In this document: piece after piece, positions 44,442 to 52,566 of the stretch | Layout of the letters: the number at the start of each line of letters is the position of its first letter | How positions within the stretch are numbered: the first letter of the stretch is position 1 | Source: Clostridiales bacterium | GTDB taxonomy: Bacteria > Bacillota > Clostridia > Christensenellales > CAG-138 | Direction: 5' to 3' | DNA: 64,000 nt | Assembly: GCA_009779405.1 (NCBI GenBank) | Contig: WREI01000006.1 | Location: 1,171 to 65,170 of the forward strand | Program-made: the position numbers and the translations under genes | Notes under the pieces: model-generated | Database searches by the model: none | Told to the model about the DNA's origin: nothing | Seen by the model: the letters and a program-made list of their open reading frames with translations, nothing else

Positions 44442-45446
44442 TTATTTTTTCACATCATATTTGAACGCTTTCACCAGCGTTGTGACAATTTCGAGCAGCA
44501 GCGTAAGGCTGAGCGCACCCAAAACAACCAAATGCAGATTGGCAAACAGCGGTATGAGCTTAGCCCCCTCGCCCTCAAACAAAACAGCTATATTGGAAAG
44601 AAAGACCGGGTTCACTATCCCGCTGCCCGAAAAGACCGCAACCAAGCAGACCAGCATCAGGACATCGGCGACGACGGTCACAACGGCGAGCCGCTTCGTA
44701 TACTGCCCCTCTATGAGCTTCGCGACCTCTTTCCCGATCCCCAGCAAGCCCCACAGAATGATCGGCAGCCAAAAGCCGCGCACGGTCTCGGTGACAAACA
44801 CGGGAATCCAGCCCACGCCCTCCAAGTATACCCCCGCAAACCACGGCACGGCCAGAAAGAGCACGGTGAAGATAAAGGCCCAAACGATACCCATAATGGC
44901 GTCGTGCGGCTTGATACGTGTCTGCTCCTGCGGCACGGCGGGCAAGCGCGCGAACATATCCCCCTCGGGCAGTTTGACTTTTTTACGCTCCAAAATCGCA
45001 AAGATGAAGGTGATAATGGCAAAGGCATTCACAACGCCGCTGAACGCCCCGCCTATGCACTGTGCGAAAAAGCGCCCCACCAAAAGATAGGGGTTTGCGG
45101 GCAGTGGCTCCCCGAAAAGCAGCGCCATCACGCCCGCAATCATCACCACCGCCGCCAGTATGGGCAGCACAATCCTCAAAACGCGCTTATAGAGCAGCAA
45201 ATAAGTACCCGAAATCAGCGCGCGCTGCTCCTCGCCGCTGTATTTCACAGCCAACTCCTCGGGCGTCCCCAATTCCGTCAACACAATCCGCAGATCCTTC
45301 TCGGTCGGCAGCACGGCCCCACAGCGCGTCTCGAGCATATCCGAAATCAGGCTGTCCAGCTCCCGTTCCACCTCCGCCCGCGCCTTCTGCGGCAAGTGGC
45401 GCACCACGGCATAAATATAGCGCTTAATCAGTTCGTGTTCCATCAT
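44442..45446 (-). CDS. PadR-associated membrane sensor protein (DUF1700/HAAS-like)
   Basis: N-terminal HELIKRYIYAVVRHLPQKARAEVERELDSLISDMLE..GTPEELAVKY helical module followed by about six TM helices. ATG 45446 overlaps the padR stop (TGATG). Confidence 0.75.
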   Translation of the reverse strand: MMEHELIKRYIYAVVRHLPQKARAEVERELDSLISDMLETRCGAVLPTEKDLRIVLTELGTPEELAVKYSGEEQRALISGTYLLLYKRVLRIVLPILAAVVMIAGVMALLFGEPLPANPYLLVGRFFAQCIGGAFSGVVNAFAIITFIFAILERKKVKLPEGDMFARLPAVPQEQTRIKPHDAIMGIVWAFIFTVLFLAVPWFAGVYLEGVGWIPVFVTETVRGFWLPIILWGLLGIGKEVAKLIEGQYTKRLAVVTVVADVLMLVCLVAVFSGSGIVNPVFLSNIAVLFEGEGAKLIPLFANLHLVVLGALSLTLLLEIVTTLVKAFKYDVKK

Positions 45447-45787
45447 CAACCCTCCAGCAGTCTTTGTATATCCCGCACATTGCCCAACCAATGCGCCCGC
45501 ATCTCGGCCAAAACTTCCCCGCCAAACGCGGTTAAGACATAATATTTGCGCGGCTTCGCGCCGTCCGTATTCCACGAGCTACAGAGCAAACCCTGCCCCT
45601 CCAAACGCCTGAGCAGGGGATAGAGCGTGTTCGCTTCAATGGCCACCCCCGAATCCGCCAGCTCCGCAATCAAATTGTACCCATAAGTCGGCTCCCGCAA
45701 TTTCGCCAGCACGCAAAGCACCACCGTCCCCCGGCGCAACTCCAAAACAAACCCGGAAATCAACTCTTTCTTATCCAAATTCATCAC
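45446..45787 (-). CDS. PadR-family transcriptional regulator
   Basis: Winged-helix motif PTYGYNLIAEL...TLYPLLRRLEGQGLL..W....AKPRKYYVLT. Confidence 0.92.
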   Translation of the reverse strand: MMNLDKKELISGFVLELRRGTVVLCVLAKLREPTYGYNLIAELADSGVAIEANTLYPLLRRLEGQGLLCSSWNTDGAKPRKYYVLTAFGGEVLAEMRAHWLGNVRDIQRLLEG

Positions 45788-45808
45788 CTCTACACTATTG
45801 TACGCATT

Positions 45809-45837
45809 ATTATATAGTGTGGTACACTATATGTCAA
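45809..45837 (-). promoter_or_regulatory. Consensus sigma-A promoter of padR
   Basis: The minus strand reads TTGACA, a 17-nt spacer, then TATAAT. The -10 ends about 20 nt upstream of the padR ATG. Confidence 0.7.
45812..45832. promoter_or_regulatory. Candidate PadR operator (ATATAGTGT-ggt-ACACTATAT)
   Basis: A 9-bp inverted repeat fills the promoter spacer. A third ATAGTGT half-site lies at 45791..45803. Confidence 0.55.
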
Positions 45838-45850
45838 TAGGAATTTTTAC

Positions 45851-45882
45851 AAAAAGAAAACCCCGCAACCGGGTCGCGGGGG
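45851..45882 (-). terminator. Rho-independent terminator after the dockerin-LRR gene
   Basis: The minus strand reads CCCCGCgacccggttGCGGGG followed by TTTTCTTTTT, about 20 nt after the stop. Confidence 0.7.
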
Positions 45883-45901
45883 AGGGGGCATGACGTGTGG
45901 A

Positions 45902-47401
45902 TCAGGGCACATTGGGGGCATCATCTCCCAGTTGCGGGGAGTAGTAGAAGGATCCGGTATCCCATCGCTGCGGGTCAAACCCTACAATTTGGCTTTTGTC
46001 CGTGAAAAGGTTGTAGCGGACATCCGCATAATGCAATTCCACAAGCCCGCTCAGATCCAAATTGGTCAGCTTGTTCACTTGACATTGCAAAGCTCTCAGT
46101 CCAAGGTTGCGGCTTAGATCCAACTCAATCAATTCATTGTTGCTGCAATCGAGACCCCATAGCACAGGATTTTCGCCCAAATTCAAATTGACCAATTTGT
46201 TGTTACTGCAATAGAGCATCTGCAGCGCAATGGGCTTGCTTGCGTCCAAATCAGTCAGCTTGTTTTCAAACACATACAAGCGTTCAAGCGCAGGGTTTTC
46301 TCCCAATTGCAGATTGGTCAATTCGTTATTGTTGCAATAGAGAAGATAGAGCGCATCATTCCCGCTTACATCCAGCGCAGACAGATTGTTAAATGTACAA
46401 TTCAGATAATACAACTCGGGGTTTTTGCTCACATCCAGCGCCGTCAGTTGATTGTTACGGCAATCGAGCCACCACAGGGCGTTGTTCTTGCTCAGATCCA
46501 GTTCAGTCAATTGATTGTACTTGCAATTGAAATCTCTTAGCGCCGGATTCTTGCTTACATCCAGCCGGGTCAGGTCATTGTAATCGCACCAAAACAATTC
46601 CAACGCCGGATTTTTGGTCAGATCCAGTTCGGTCAACCGGTTTTTATCGCAGTTCAGTTCGATCAATGCGGGATTCCCGCTTACATCCAGTTCAGTCAGT
46701 TCATTGTATCCGCAATCCAGAATTTCCAGCGCAAGGTTATTGCTCACATCCAGTTCGGTCAAGCCGCTGTTATGGCAGCTGAGTTGTTCCAATGCAAGGT
46801 TGTGGCTCACATCCAGACCGGTCAGCGCATTGTCGCCGCAAAGGAGCGCTTTCAAGGCCGGAAGCCCGGAAAAATCCAAGAAACCTTCCAGTCCGAAATC
46901 ATTGAGAAACAGTTTTACAATGCGCCTATTGGTCACATCCTCCGACCAATATAGAATAGGCCCGTCGTGCATCGTCTCCTTCTTCCAATCCTCCGGGATA
47001 TAGCTGCCGTCGGCGGGATCGGCTTTCTCCCACGACCACCCATTGCTGTCAATGAACGCATTGATAAAGGCCACATCCCCGGGATGATAAAGCGGTTCCA
47101 TCCCCCAGTCCGGCAAGCCGCCCAGCCCCGCCAAATACCGCAGAATCGCGGCGGCATCCGCGGCGCTGACAGCGCCGTCCAAATCCGCGTCGGCGGCAAG
47201 GAGAGCGTCGCCCGTGAGGATACTTGCCCCCGCCAGATGGCGAAGAATCAGCGCGGCATCCTCTGCCGTAATGACGCCGTTGCCATCCACATCGCCGTTC
47301 CGAAAAGGGCTTGCCGCAAGGGACGACGCAATGGCGCAAAACGACGACATAAGCGCCAAAGCAAGCAAGAGAAGCGCCGCTTTTTTTGCAATTGATTTCA
47401 T
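45902..47401 (-). CDS. Secreted protein: N-terminal dockerin plus an array of 22-residue leucine-rich repeats
   Basis: ATG 47401 follows AGGAG, with a signal peptide (MKSIAKKAALLLLALALMSS). The dockerin is GDVDGNGVITAEDAALILRHLAGA / ADADLDGAVSAADAAAILRYLAGL. Then come at least 13 units of L-x-x-L-x-C-x-x-N-x-L-T-x-L-D-[VL]-S-x-N-P-x-L. Confidence 0.88.
   Translation of the reverse strand: MKSIAKKAALLLLALALMSSFCAIASSLAASPFRNGDVDGNGVITAEDAALILRHLAGASILTGDALLAADADLDGAVSAADAAAILRYLAGLGGLPDWGMEPLYHPGDVAFINAFIDSNGWSWEKADPADGSYIPEDWKKETMHDGPILYWSEDVTNRRIVKLFLNDFGLEGFLDFSGLPALKALLCGDNALTGLDVSHNLALEQLSCHNSGLTELDVSNNLALEILDCGYNELTELDVSGNPALIELNCDKNRLTELDLTKNPALELFWCDYNDLTRLDVSKNPALRDFNCKYNQLTELDLSKNNALWWLDCRNNQLTALDVSKNPELYYLNCTFNNLSALDVSGNDALYLLYCNNNELTNLQLGENPALERLYVFENKLTDLDASKPIALQMLYCSNNKLVNLNLGENPVLWGLDCSNNELIELDLSRNLGLRALQCQVNKLTNLDLSGLVELHYADVRYNLFTDKSQIVGFDPQRWDTGSFYYSPQLGDDAPNVP
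46007..46924 (-). repeat. 66-nt periodic coding repeat (22-aa LRR units)
   Basis: Units include LTGLDVSHNLALEQLSCHNSG, LTELDVSNNLALEILDCGYNE, LTELDVSGNPALIELNCDKNR and LTELDLTKNPALELFWCDYND. Confidence 0.85.
47123..47296 (-). other. Dockerin module (N-terminal)
   Basis: Duplicated Ca-loop and helix segments directly after the signal peptide. Confidence 0.85.
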
Positions 47402-47646
47402 ACCGATACTCCTATTCTTCTCTCCCCCTTCATTATAGCAAAGCGCAAAAACCGCGACAATATATGACTGCATCCTTACGAAAACTTTATGTATATGTGA
47501 CAATTGCAACGTGTTTCGGGGACAAAACGAACGAATGGGGGAGGGCATATACAGCTTAAGGATAATAATATTTCGTCGCTTCCAAATGCAGGGCTTTCGA
47601 TTCGCGCAGGGAGGTCTCGTCAAAATAATCACATTTGCATAACACA

Positions 47647-47675
47647 TTGTCTTTATACAAAAACCGTGATACAAT
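47647..47675 (+). promoter_or_regulatory. Candidate promoter of the lipoprotein gene
   Basis: TTGTCT, a 17-nt spacer, then TACAAT preceded by TGa (extended -10). It lies 45 nt upstream of ATG 47720. Confidence 0.45.
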
Positions 47676-47719
47676 GCAAGGGCAAAACCACATATACTGC
47701 TTGCAGGGAGGACAAAGTT

Positions 47720-48448
47720 ATGGCGATCACGAAGAAACTATGCACCCTCGTCCCGGCGCTGCTGTTGGCGCTGTCCCTTGCCGCGTGCGCGGGCATCCCC
47801 GGCGTCCCCGATGCCCCTTCAAACGACAAGATAAGTGCAAGCGCCGCACCCGCCGCTGACCCCTGTCCCTGCTGCCCCGACTGCATACAGGAAGACTGCG
47901 CTTGCGCCGACTGCGGTGACAGCGAAGCCTGCGAATGTGCCGCGCCCGGCAGCGGAGCCATCTATACGATAAGCGCGGGAGGTACAGATAAGCATATCGA
48001 AAATGAATATGCCAAATTCGACTTTACCATCATGTTTTCGGCGGAGAATGAAGGCGACGGCTTGTACGGTGACTACACAGGAATCGGAGAGTTGCGGATT
48101 GACTATGACGAGACCGATTACCTCGCAGCGATGGGCGGCCAAATGACATCGGCAAAATTAGTCATTGACGGGTTGCTGAACAATATCCGCTTCACATTAG
48201 AAGAGCCCCGGTCCGAGGACGAGCCCAATATCATAGCGCGGGGCAGCGGGGCGATGCAGTGGGATAATGCCGTGATCGAAAACATATTCGTCACGAAGGA
48301 CGGCGGCATCACGTTCATCCCGTGGAACGGGAACAGCACAGAGCATTTCACGATCGAAATCGAGATATACGACAGCGGCGACGGCGTGCTTTATATCAGT
48401 TATTATTTCGCATCGCTAAGCTATCCGCTTCGTCTCACCATGCATTGA
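47720..48448 (+). CDS. Lipoprotein with a Cys-dense linker, function unknown
   Basis: ATG 47720 follows AGGGAGGA. Signal peptide with lipobox LSLAAC, then DPCPCCPDCIQEDCACADCGDSEACECAAPG, then a ~170-aa domain I could not assign. Confidence 0.7.
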   Translation: MAITKKLCTLVPALLLALSLAACAGIPGVPDAPSNDKISASAAPAADPCPCCPDCIQEDCACADCGDSEACECAAPGSGAIYTISAGGTDKHIENEYAKFDFTIMFSAENEGDGLYGDYTGIGELRIDYDETDYLAAMGGQMTSAKLVIDGLLNNIRFTLEEPRSEDEPNIIARGSGAMQWDNAVIENIFVTKDGGITFIPWNGNSTEHFTIEIEIYDSGDGVLYISYYFASLSYPLRLTMH

Positions 48449-48497
48449 CATCCACCCCCCCTTTGTGAACAAACCGCAACAATACGCCCGTGCTTGT

Positions 48498-48525
48498 TTG
48501 CAAGCGCGGGTCTCTCGTATATAAT
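48498..48525 (+). promoter_or_regulatory. Candidate promoter giving a leaderless GH13 mRNA
   Basis: TTGCAA, a 16-nt spacer, then TATAAT. Only 6 nt (ACCCAT) separate the -10 from ATG 48532, and there is no Shine-Dalgarno sequence. Confidence 0.45.
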
Positions 48526-48531
48526 ACCCAT

Positions 48532-50454
48532 ATGAATATCCAATGCTTTCACCATTCCCGCAACTCGAACTATCGCTTCCCGCAGGGCGCGGCTCCTTGC
48601 GCCGCGCGGGTGCGCCTGACCCTCGACGCCGATGGCGGCGACTGGTATCTCTGGCTGCAAACCCCGCAGCGCGAAGCGCATATCCCTCTCATCCGCCTGG
48701 CCGGGCAATACAGCGCCGCCGTGCAGATGCCCGGCACGCCCGGTCTCGTACACTATTGCTTCTATCGCAAGGACGGCGAGGAGACCCTCTTCTATGGCGC
48801 GGAGAGCGGCGAGGGCCGCGTTTCGCGCGCCGCGCCGCAGTTCTGGCAGATCACCGTATACCGCATGGACTTCACCACGCCCGAGTGGTTCCGCCATGCC
48901 CTCTGTTATCAGGTCTTCCCCGACCGCTTCGCGCGGGGGGACTTCGATGCGTTCGCCCGCCGCGCCAAGGCGCGCATCGCCGCGGGCCGCCACCTCAGAC
49001 TGCACGAGGACTGGAGTGAGGAGCCCTATTATCTCCCCGAATCGGGCAAGCCGCACTATATCCCCGACGACTATTTCGGCGGCGACCTGACGGGGCTTCG
49101 CGAAAAGCTGCCCTATCTGCAGTCCCTCGGCGTCACTTGCCTATACTTGAATCCCATATTCGAGGCCTATTCCAACCACCGTTATAACACGGCGGATTAT
49201 ATGGAAATAGACAGCCTGCTCGGCAATAGCGGCGACTTTGACGCCCTCTGCGCCGACGCCAAGGCCATGGGCATACGCATTATATTGGACGGCGTATTCT
49301 CCCATACGGGCGACGACAGCCGTTATTTCGACCGCTACGGGCTCTATGGCGGCGGCGCCTGCGAGAGCAAGTCCTCGCCTTATTATCCTTGGTACAGCTT
49401 CCACGACTATCCGTATCGCTATGAGAGCTGGTGGGGCTTCCCGACCCTGCCCAACGTCAACGAAATGACGCCCTCCTATGTGGAATTTGTCAACGGGCGG
49501 GACGGGGTGTTGGCGCATTGGCAGGCGCGCGGCGCAAGCGGTTGGCGCCTGGATGTGGCGGATGAACTGCCGGACGATTTTATCCGTATATTGCGCAACG
49601 CCGTCAAGCGCAGTGACCCCGACGCCCTGCTCTTGGGCGAGGTCTGGGATGACTGCTCCACGAAGTTAGGCCCCGGCGGGCGCCGCGCCTATGTGGATGG
49701 CGACCTCCTCGACAGCACGATGAACTATCCGTTTTTGCGCGCCGTGCTGCCCTTCTGCGCGGGCGCGTCGGATGCGTTTGCATTAAACGAAGCCCTGCAG
49801 CGCCTGCGCGAGAATTATCCCGAGCCGTTCTATTTGGCCTGCATGAACCTCCTGAGTTCCCACGACGAAGCGCGCGCCTTGGCCCGACTCTCGGGCGGCA
49901 TAGGCAGGGAAAAATCCCCGCGCGCCGAGCAGGCCCTGTTCGCGCCGGGCGAGCAAAAGCTACAGAGCGGCAAGCGCCGCTTCCTGCTCGCCACCGCCAT
50001 ACAATTGTGCCACCCGGGCGTCCCCTGCGTCTATTACGGGGACGAGGCCGGGCTGTGGGGTCTGGACGATCCCTTCAACCGTAAAACCTATCCCTGGGAT
50101 GCGGAGGACAAGGAACTCCTCTCCGAAATGCAAGAGCTGATGCAATTGCGCGCAGGCAGCGCCGTCCTCCAGAGCGGGCATACCCGCATGGGCGCGCTGA
50201 ACGCGGGCGTCTTCGCCATCCTGCGCTATGCCGATAACGGCGAAGTCGTCATCCTCCTCGCCAACGCGGACGATGAAAGCAATACCGCCCTGCTCTATCC
50301 CGCGCTGCTCTGGGAGGGAGCCGATGGTATGTCCCCCGTACCCTTTGCGGGCGTATACGAGGAGCTCGGCACGGGCGAAACCCTATGCATCGACGCGACG
50401 CTCAACTGCGTATTGCCGCCGCTTTCCTACAAGATACTGCGAAAGGACGCTTAG
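48532..50454 (+). CDS. GH13 alpha-glucosidase/neopullulanase-cyclomaltodextrinase-like enzyme (cytoplasmic)
   Basis: GH13 conserved regions are present: DGVFSHTG, GWRLDVADE, LLGEVWDD and LLSSHDEAR. The N-terminus MNIQCFHHSRNSNYRFP..RVRLTL aligns with the family's N-domain. I saw no signal peptide and no Shine-Dalgarno sequence. Confidence 0.9.
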   Translation: MNIQCFHHSRNSNYRFPQGAAPCAARVRLTLDADGGDWYLWLQTPQREAHIPLIRLAGQYSAAVQMPGTPGLVHYCFYRKDGEETLFYGAESGEGRVSRAAPQFWQITVYRMDFTTPEWFRHALCYQVFPDRFARGDFDAFARRAKARIAAGRHLRLHEDWSEEPYYLPESGKPHYIPDDYFGGDLTGLREKLPYLQSLGVTCLYLNPIFEAYSNHRYNTADYMEIDSLLGNSGDFDALCADAKAMGIRIILDGVFSHTGDDSRYFDRYGLYGGGACESKSSPYYPWYSFHDYPYRYESWWGFPTLPNVNEMTPSYVEFVNGRDGVLAHWQARGASGWRLDVADELPDDFIRILRNAVKRSDPDALLLGEVWDDCSTKLGPGGRRAYVDGDLLDSTMNYPFLRAVLPFCAGASDAFALNEALQRLRENYPEPFYLACMNLLSSHDEARALARLSGGIGREKSPRAEQALFAPGEQKLQSGKRRFLLATAIQLCHPGVPCVYYGDEAGLWGLDDPFNRKTYPWDAEDKELLSEMQELMQLRAGSAVLQSGHTRMGALNAGVFAILRYADNGEVVILLANADDESNTALLYPALLWEGADGMSPVPFAGVYEELGTGETLCIDATLNCVLPPLSYKILRKDA

Positions 50455-50457
50455 GCT

Positions 50458-50940
50458 ATGCTGCCGCGTTTCCGCCCGGATGAATTAAACAAGACCCTGC
50501 TCTATGTCGGCGGCGGTCTGCTCCTGCTGACCTGGCTCTTGGGCTATGTCCCGCAAGCGCCCGGCGGTGCTTTCGCCTGGACCCTGTTCGCCCTGCGCTT
50601 CCCCGCGTTCGCCTGCATAGGTTGGGCAGCCTTCCGCATGTTCTCCAAAAACAAAGCCGCCCGCGCCACGGAAAACCAGCGCTGGTTGGTTTTCCAAGTG
50701 AAACTAAGGGACTTCTTCAGAGGAACCGCTCACGGTTCCTCGGGTACCCAACAACCGCGCACCAAGCCCCCCAAACCCCCGCGCAAAAAATCGAACATAA
50801 AGAAGCAATGGGAGGAAGCCAAGCAATACCGCCACCTCTCCTGCCCCCAATGCACGCAAAAACTACGCGTCCCCCGCGGCAAGGGCAAGATCCGCGTCAC
50901 CTGTTCGCGCTGCGGGAATAAATTTATTGCGAAGTCGTAG
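50458..50940 (+). CDS. Membrane protein with a C-terminal zinc-ribbon
   Basis: Two TM helices, a basic linker, and CPQCTQKLRVPRGKGKIRVTCSRCGNKF (CxxC...CxxC). Confidence 0.65.
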   Translation: MLPRFRPDELNKTLLYVGGGLLLLTWLLGYVPQAPGGAFAWTLFALRFPAFACIGWAAFRMFSKNKAARATENQRWLVFQVKLRDFFRGTAHGSSGTQQPRTKPPKPPRKKSNIKKQWEEAKQYRHLSCPQCTQKLRVPRGKGKIRVTCSRCGNKFIAKS

Positions 50941-50998
50941 GGGACGATTGCAAACGGTTCCGCAGGAGACGTTGCGCCCCGCCGTACGTCACGAACCC

Positions 50999-51021
50999 GT
51001 AGGGGCGGATAGCAGCCCGTG
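50999..51021 (+). repeat. Degenerate REP-like unit
   Basis: GTAGGGGCGGATAGCAGCCCGTG. A further GTAGGGGACGATT head lies at 50937. Confidence 0.5.
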
Positions 51022-51037
51022 AATCACAACATACCCG

Positions 51038-51063
51038 GCCGGGACGATTATAATCGTCCCGCC
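51038..51063. repeat. REP-like palindromic variant
   Basis: gccGGGACGATTATAATCGTCCCgcc, with a 20-nt perfect palindrome at 51041..51060. Confidence 0.7.
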
Positions 51064-51388
51064 GAATGATAATGCGAAGAACGTACAAAAGCCCAAGTGG
51101 TTTGCTTGAGACTTTGCGTGTAGAATGATTGCCGCGATGATTATCCGTTATCCTCGGTGGTAAGGATGCTGAGTGAACCGATGATCTCTTTCATCCATTG
51201 ATCAATATCACCCTTCGCCATATCTGATCCGGCAAATATTAATTTAAGCAATACATCCGGTGCATCAATCAAACATTCTGAGAAAGGATAGCTGCTATCT
51301 CCCCACATAAGATATGACACCCATACGGCAAAACATCCGTCTGCTTGTGTCTTTTCCTTTTAAAAGATGCTTTAATGATACGCCCCCC

Positions 51389-51417
51389 TTGTTCACTTCC
51401 AGATCCGGTAGTATAAT
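51389..51417 (+). promoter_or_regulatory. Candidate promoter giving a leaderless regulator mRNA
   Basis: TTGTTC, a 17-nt spacer, then TATAAT. Only 6 nt (ACCCCC) separate the -10 from ATG 51424, and there is no Shine-Dalgarno sequence. Confidence 0.4.
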
Positions 51418-51423
51418 ACCCCC

Positions 51424-52566
51424 ATGAAAACCTACATCACAGCCAAGGAGGCCGCGGAAGCGTGGGGCGTTTCGCGTCGCTATGTCAACCTCTGCATCAG
51501 CGAAAACCGCATCCCCGGCATATGCAGAATGGGCAATATGTGGCTGATCCCGGCCGATACGCAGAAGCCCGCGGGCAAGCGCAGACCGCAAAGCCCTCTG
51601 CCTGCCGAGTTGGCGCATATCCTCGAGACAAGCATAGGCCCCCTGCCCCTGCACGGCATGGAGGACGAGCGCCTGCATTTTGCGGGCGAGCTGGCCTATC
51701 TGCGCGGCGATTTCGAGCGCGTAGCGGACTGCTTCCGCCAAACCGCGGGCGATGAGGCCGCCCGCCTGCGCGCGGCGTCGGTGGCCATCGCCGCCGCCAT
51801 CAGCACGGGGGACTATCCCTTCTATCTGGAAATCGAAACCTTTCTGAAAGATACCATACAGAAAACAAACGACGAGAGCGTCGTCGCCTTCGCCGAACTC
51901 TGCCTTGCAACCGCCTACGTGAGCGCGCTTGCGCCGAACATGGTACCCGCCTGGCTGCAAAACGGGGATTACGCCCGCCTGCACCCCAAGGCAATCCCGG
52001 ACGCCGTATATAAACGCGCAAAATATTTCCAATGTCTCGGCAAATTCGAGTCCATGCTCGCCGTGTCCGAGATCGCGCTCGCCTTCTGTGCGACAGACGC
52101 GGGTGTCAGCTTCCACGATATCTACTTCCGCGTAGCCCGCGCCATTGCCTGCTGTGCGCTCGGGCGCGCGGTGGACGCGGAGCGCCACCTGTTGGACGCG
52201 ATGGCCATCGCCCTGCCCCACGGCTTTATCACCCCCTTCGCCGAGTCGATCACCGCGTTCGGCGGTCTGCTGGAACGGTTGCTCAAGCGCGAATATCCCG
52301 CCTTCTATGCCCCCGTCACCGAACAGTGGAACCGCAGTTTCTCCCATTGGCTCAGTTTCCACAACCGCTTCACCAAGGACAATATCACCCTGATCCTCTC
52401 CCTGCGCGACTATCAGATCGCGCATCTCGCGGCCCGGGGCGTCCCGAACGCGCAGATCGCGGCGCAATTCCATATCTCCACAGGCACGCTGAAAAACAGG
52501 CTGAACAAAATCTACGGCGAATTATTCATCGGCAACAGGGAGGATTTATCAAAACTGATCCTGTAA
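51424..52566 (+). CDS. Transcriptional regulator with an N-terminal excisionase/MerR-like HTH and a C-terminal LuxR-type HTH
   Basis: N-terminus: ITAKEAAEAWGVSRRYVNLCISENRIPG. C-terminus: LSLRDYQIAHLAARGVPNAQIAAQFHISTGTLKNRLNKIYGEL. The antisense ORF 51295..52473 has no recognisable motifs. Confidence 0.8.
   Translation: MKTYITAKEAAEAWGVSRRYVNLCISENRIPGICRMGNMWLIPADTQKPAGKRRPQSPLPAELAHILETSIGPLPLHGMEDERLHFAGELAYLRGDFERVADCFRQTAGDEAARLRAASVAIAAAISTGDYPFYLEIETFLKDTIQKTNDESVVAFAELCLATAYVSALAPNMVPAWLQNGDYARLHPKAIPDAVYKRAKYFQCLGKFESMLAVSEIALAFCATDAGVSFHDIYFRVARAIACCALGRAVDAERHLLDAMAIALPHGFITPFAESITAFGGLLERLLKREYPAFYAPVTEQWNRSFSHWLSFHNRFTKDNITLILSLRDYQIAHLAARGVPNAQIAAQFHISTGTLKNRLNKIYGELFIGNREDLSKLIL

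Noticed and set aside
46007-46924. Strong 66-nt periodicity that superficially resembles a CRISPR or tandem-repeat array.
   Set aside because: It lies inside a long ORF and encodes canonical 22-residue leucine-rich repeats. There is no repeat/unique-spacer structure and no cas genes.
51295-52473. A 392-aa minus-strand ORF overlapping the LuxR-type regulator gene.
   Set aside because: The plus-strand frame has two recognisable HTH motifs and a promoter-like element at its start. The minus-strand frame has none.
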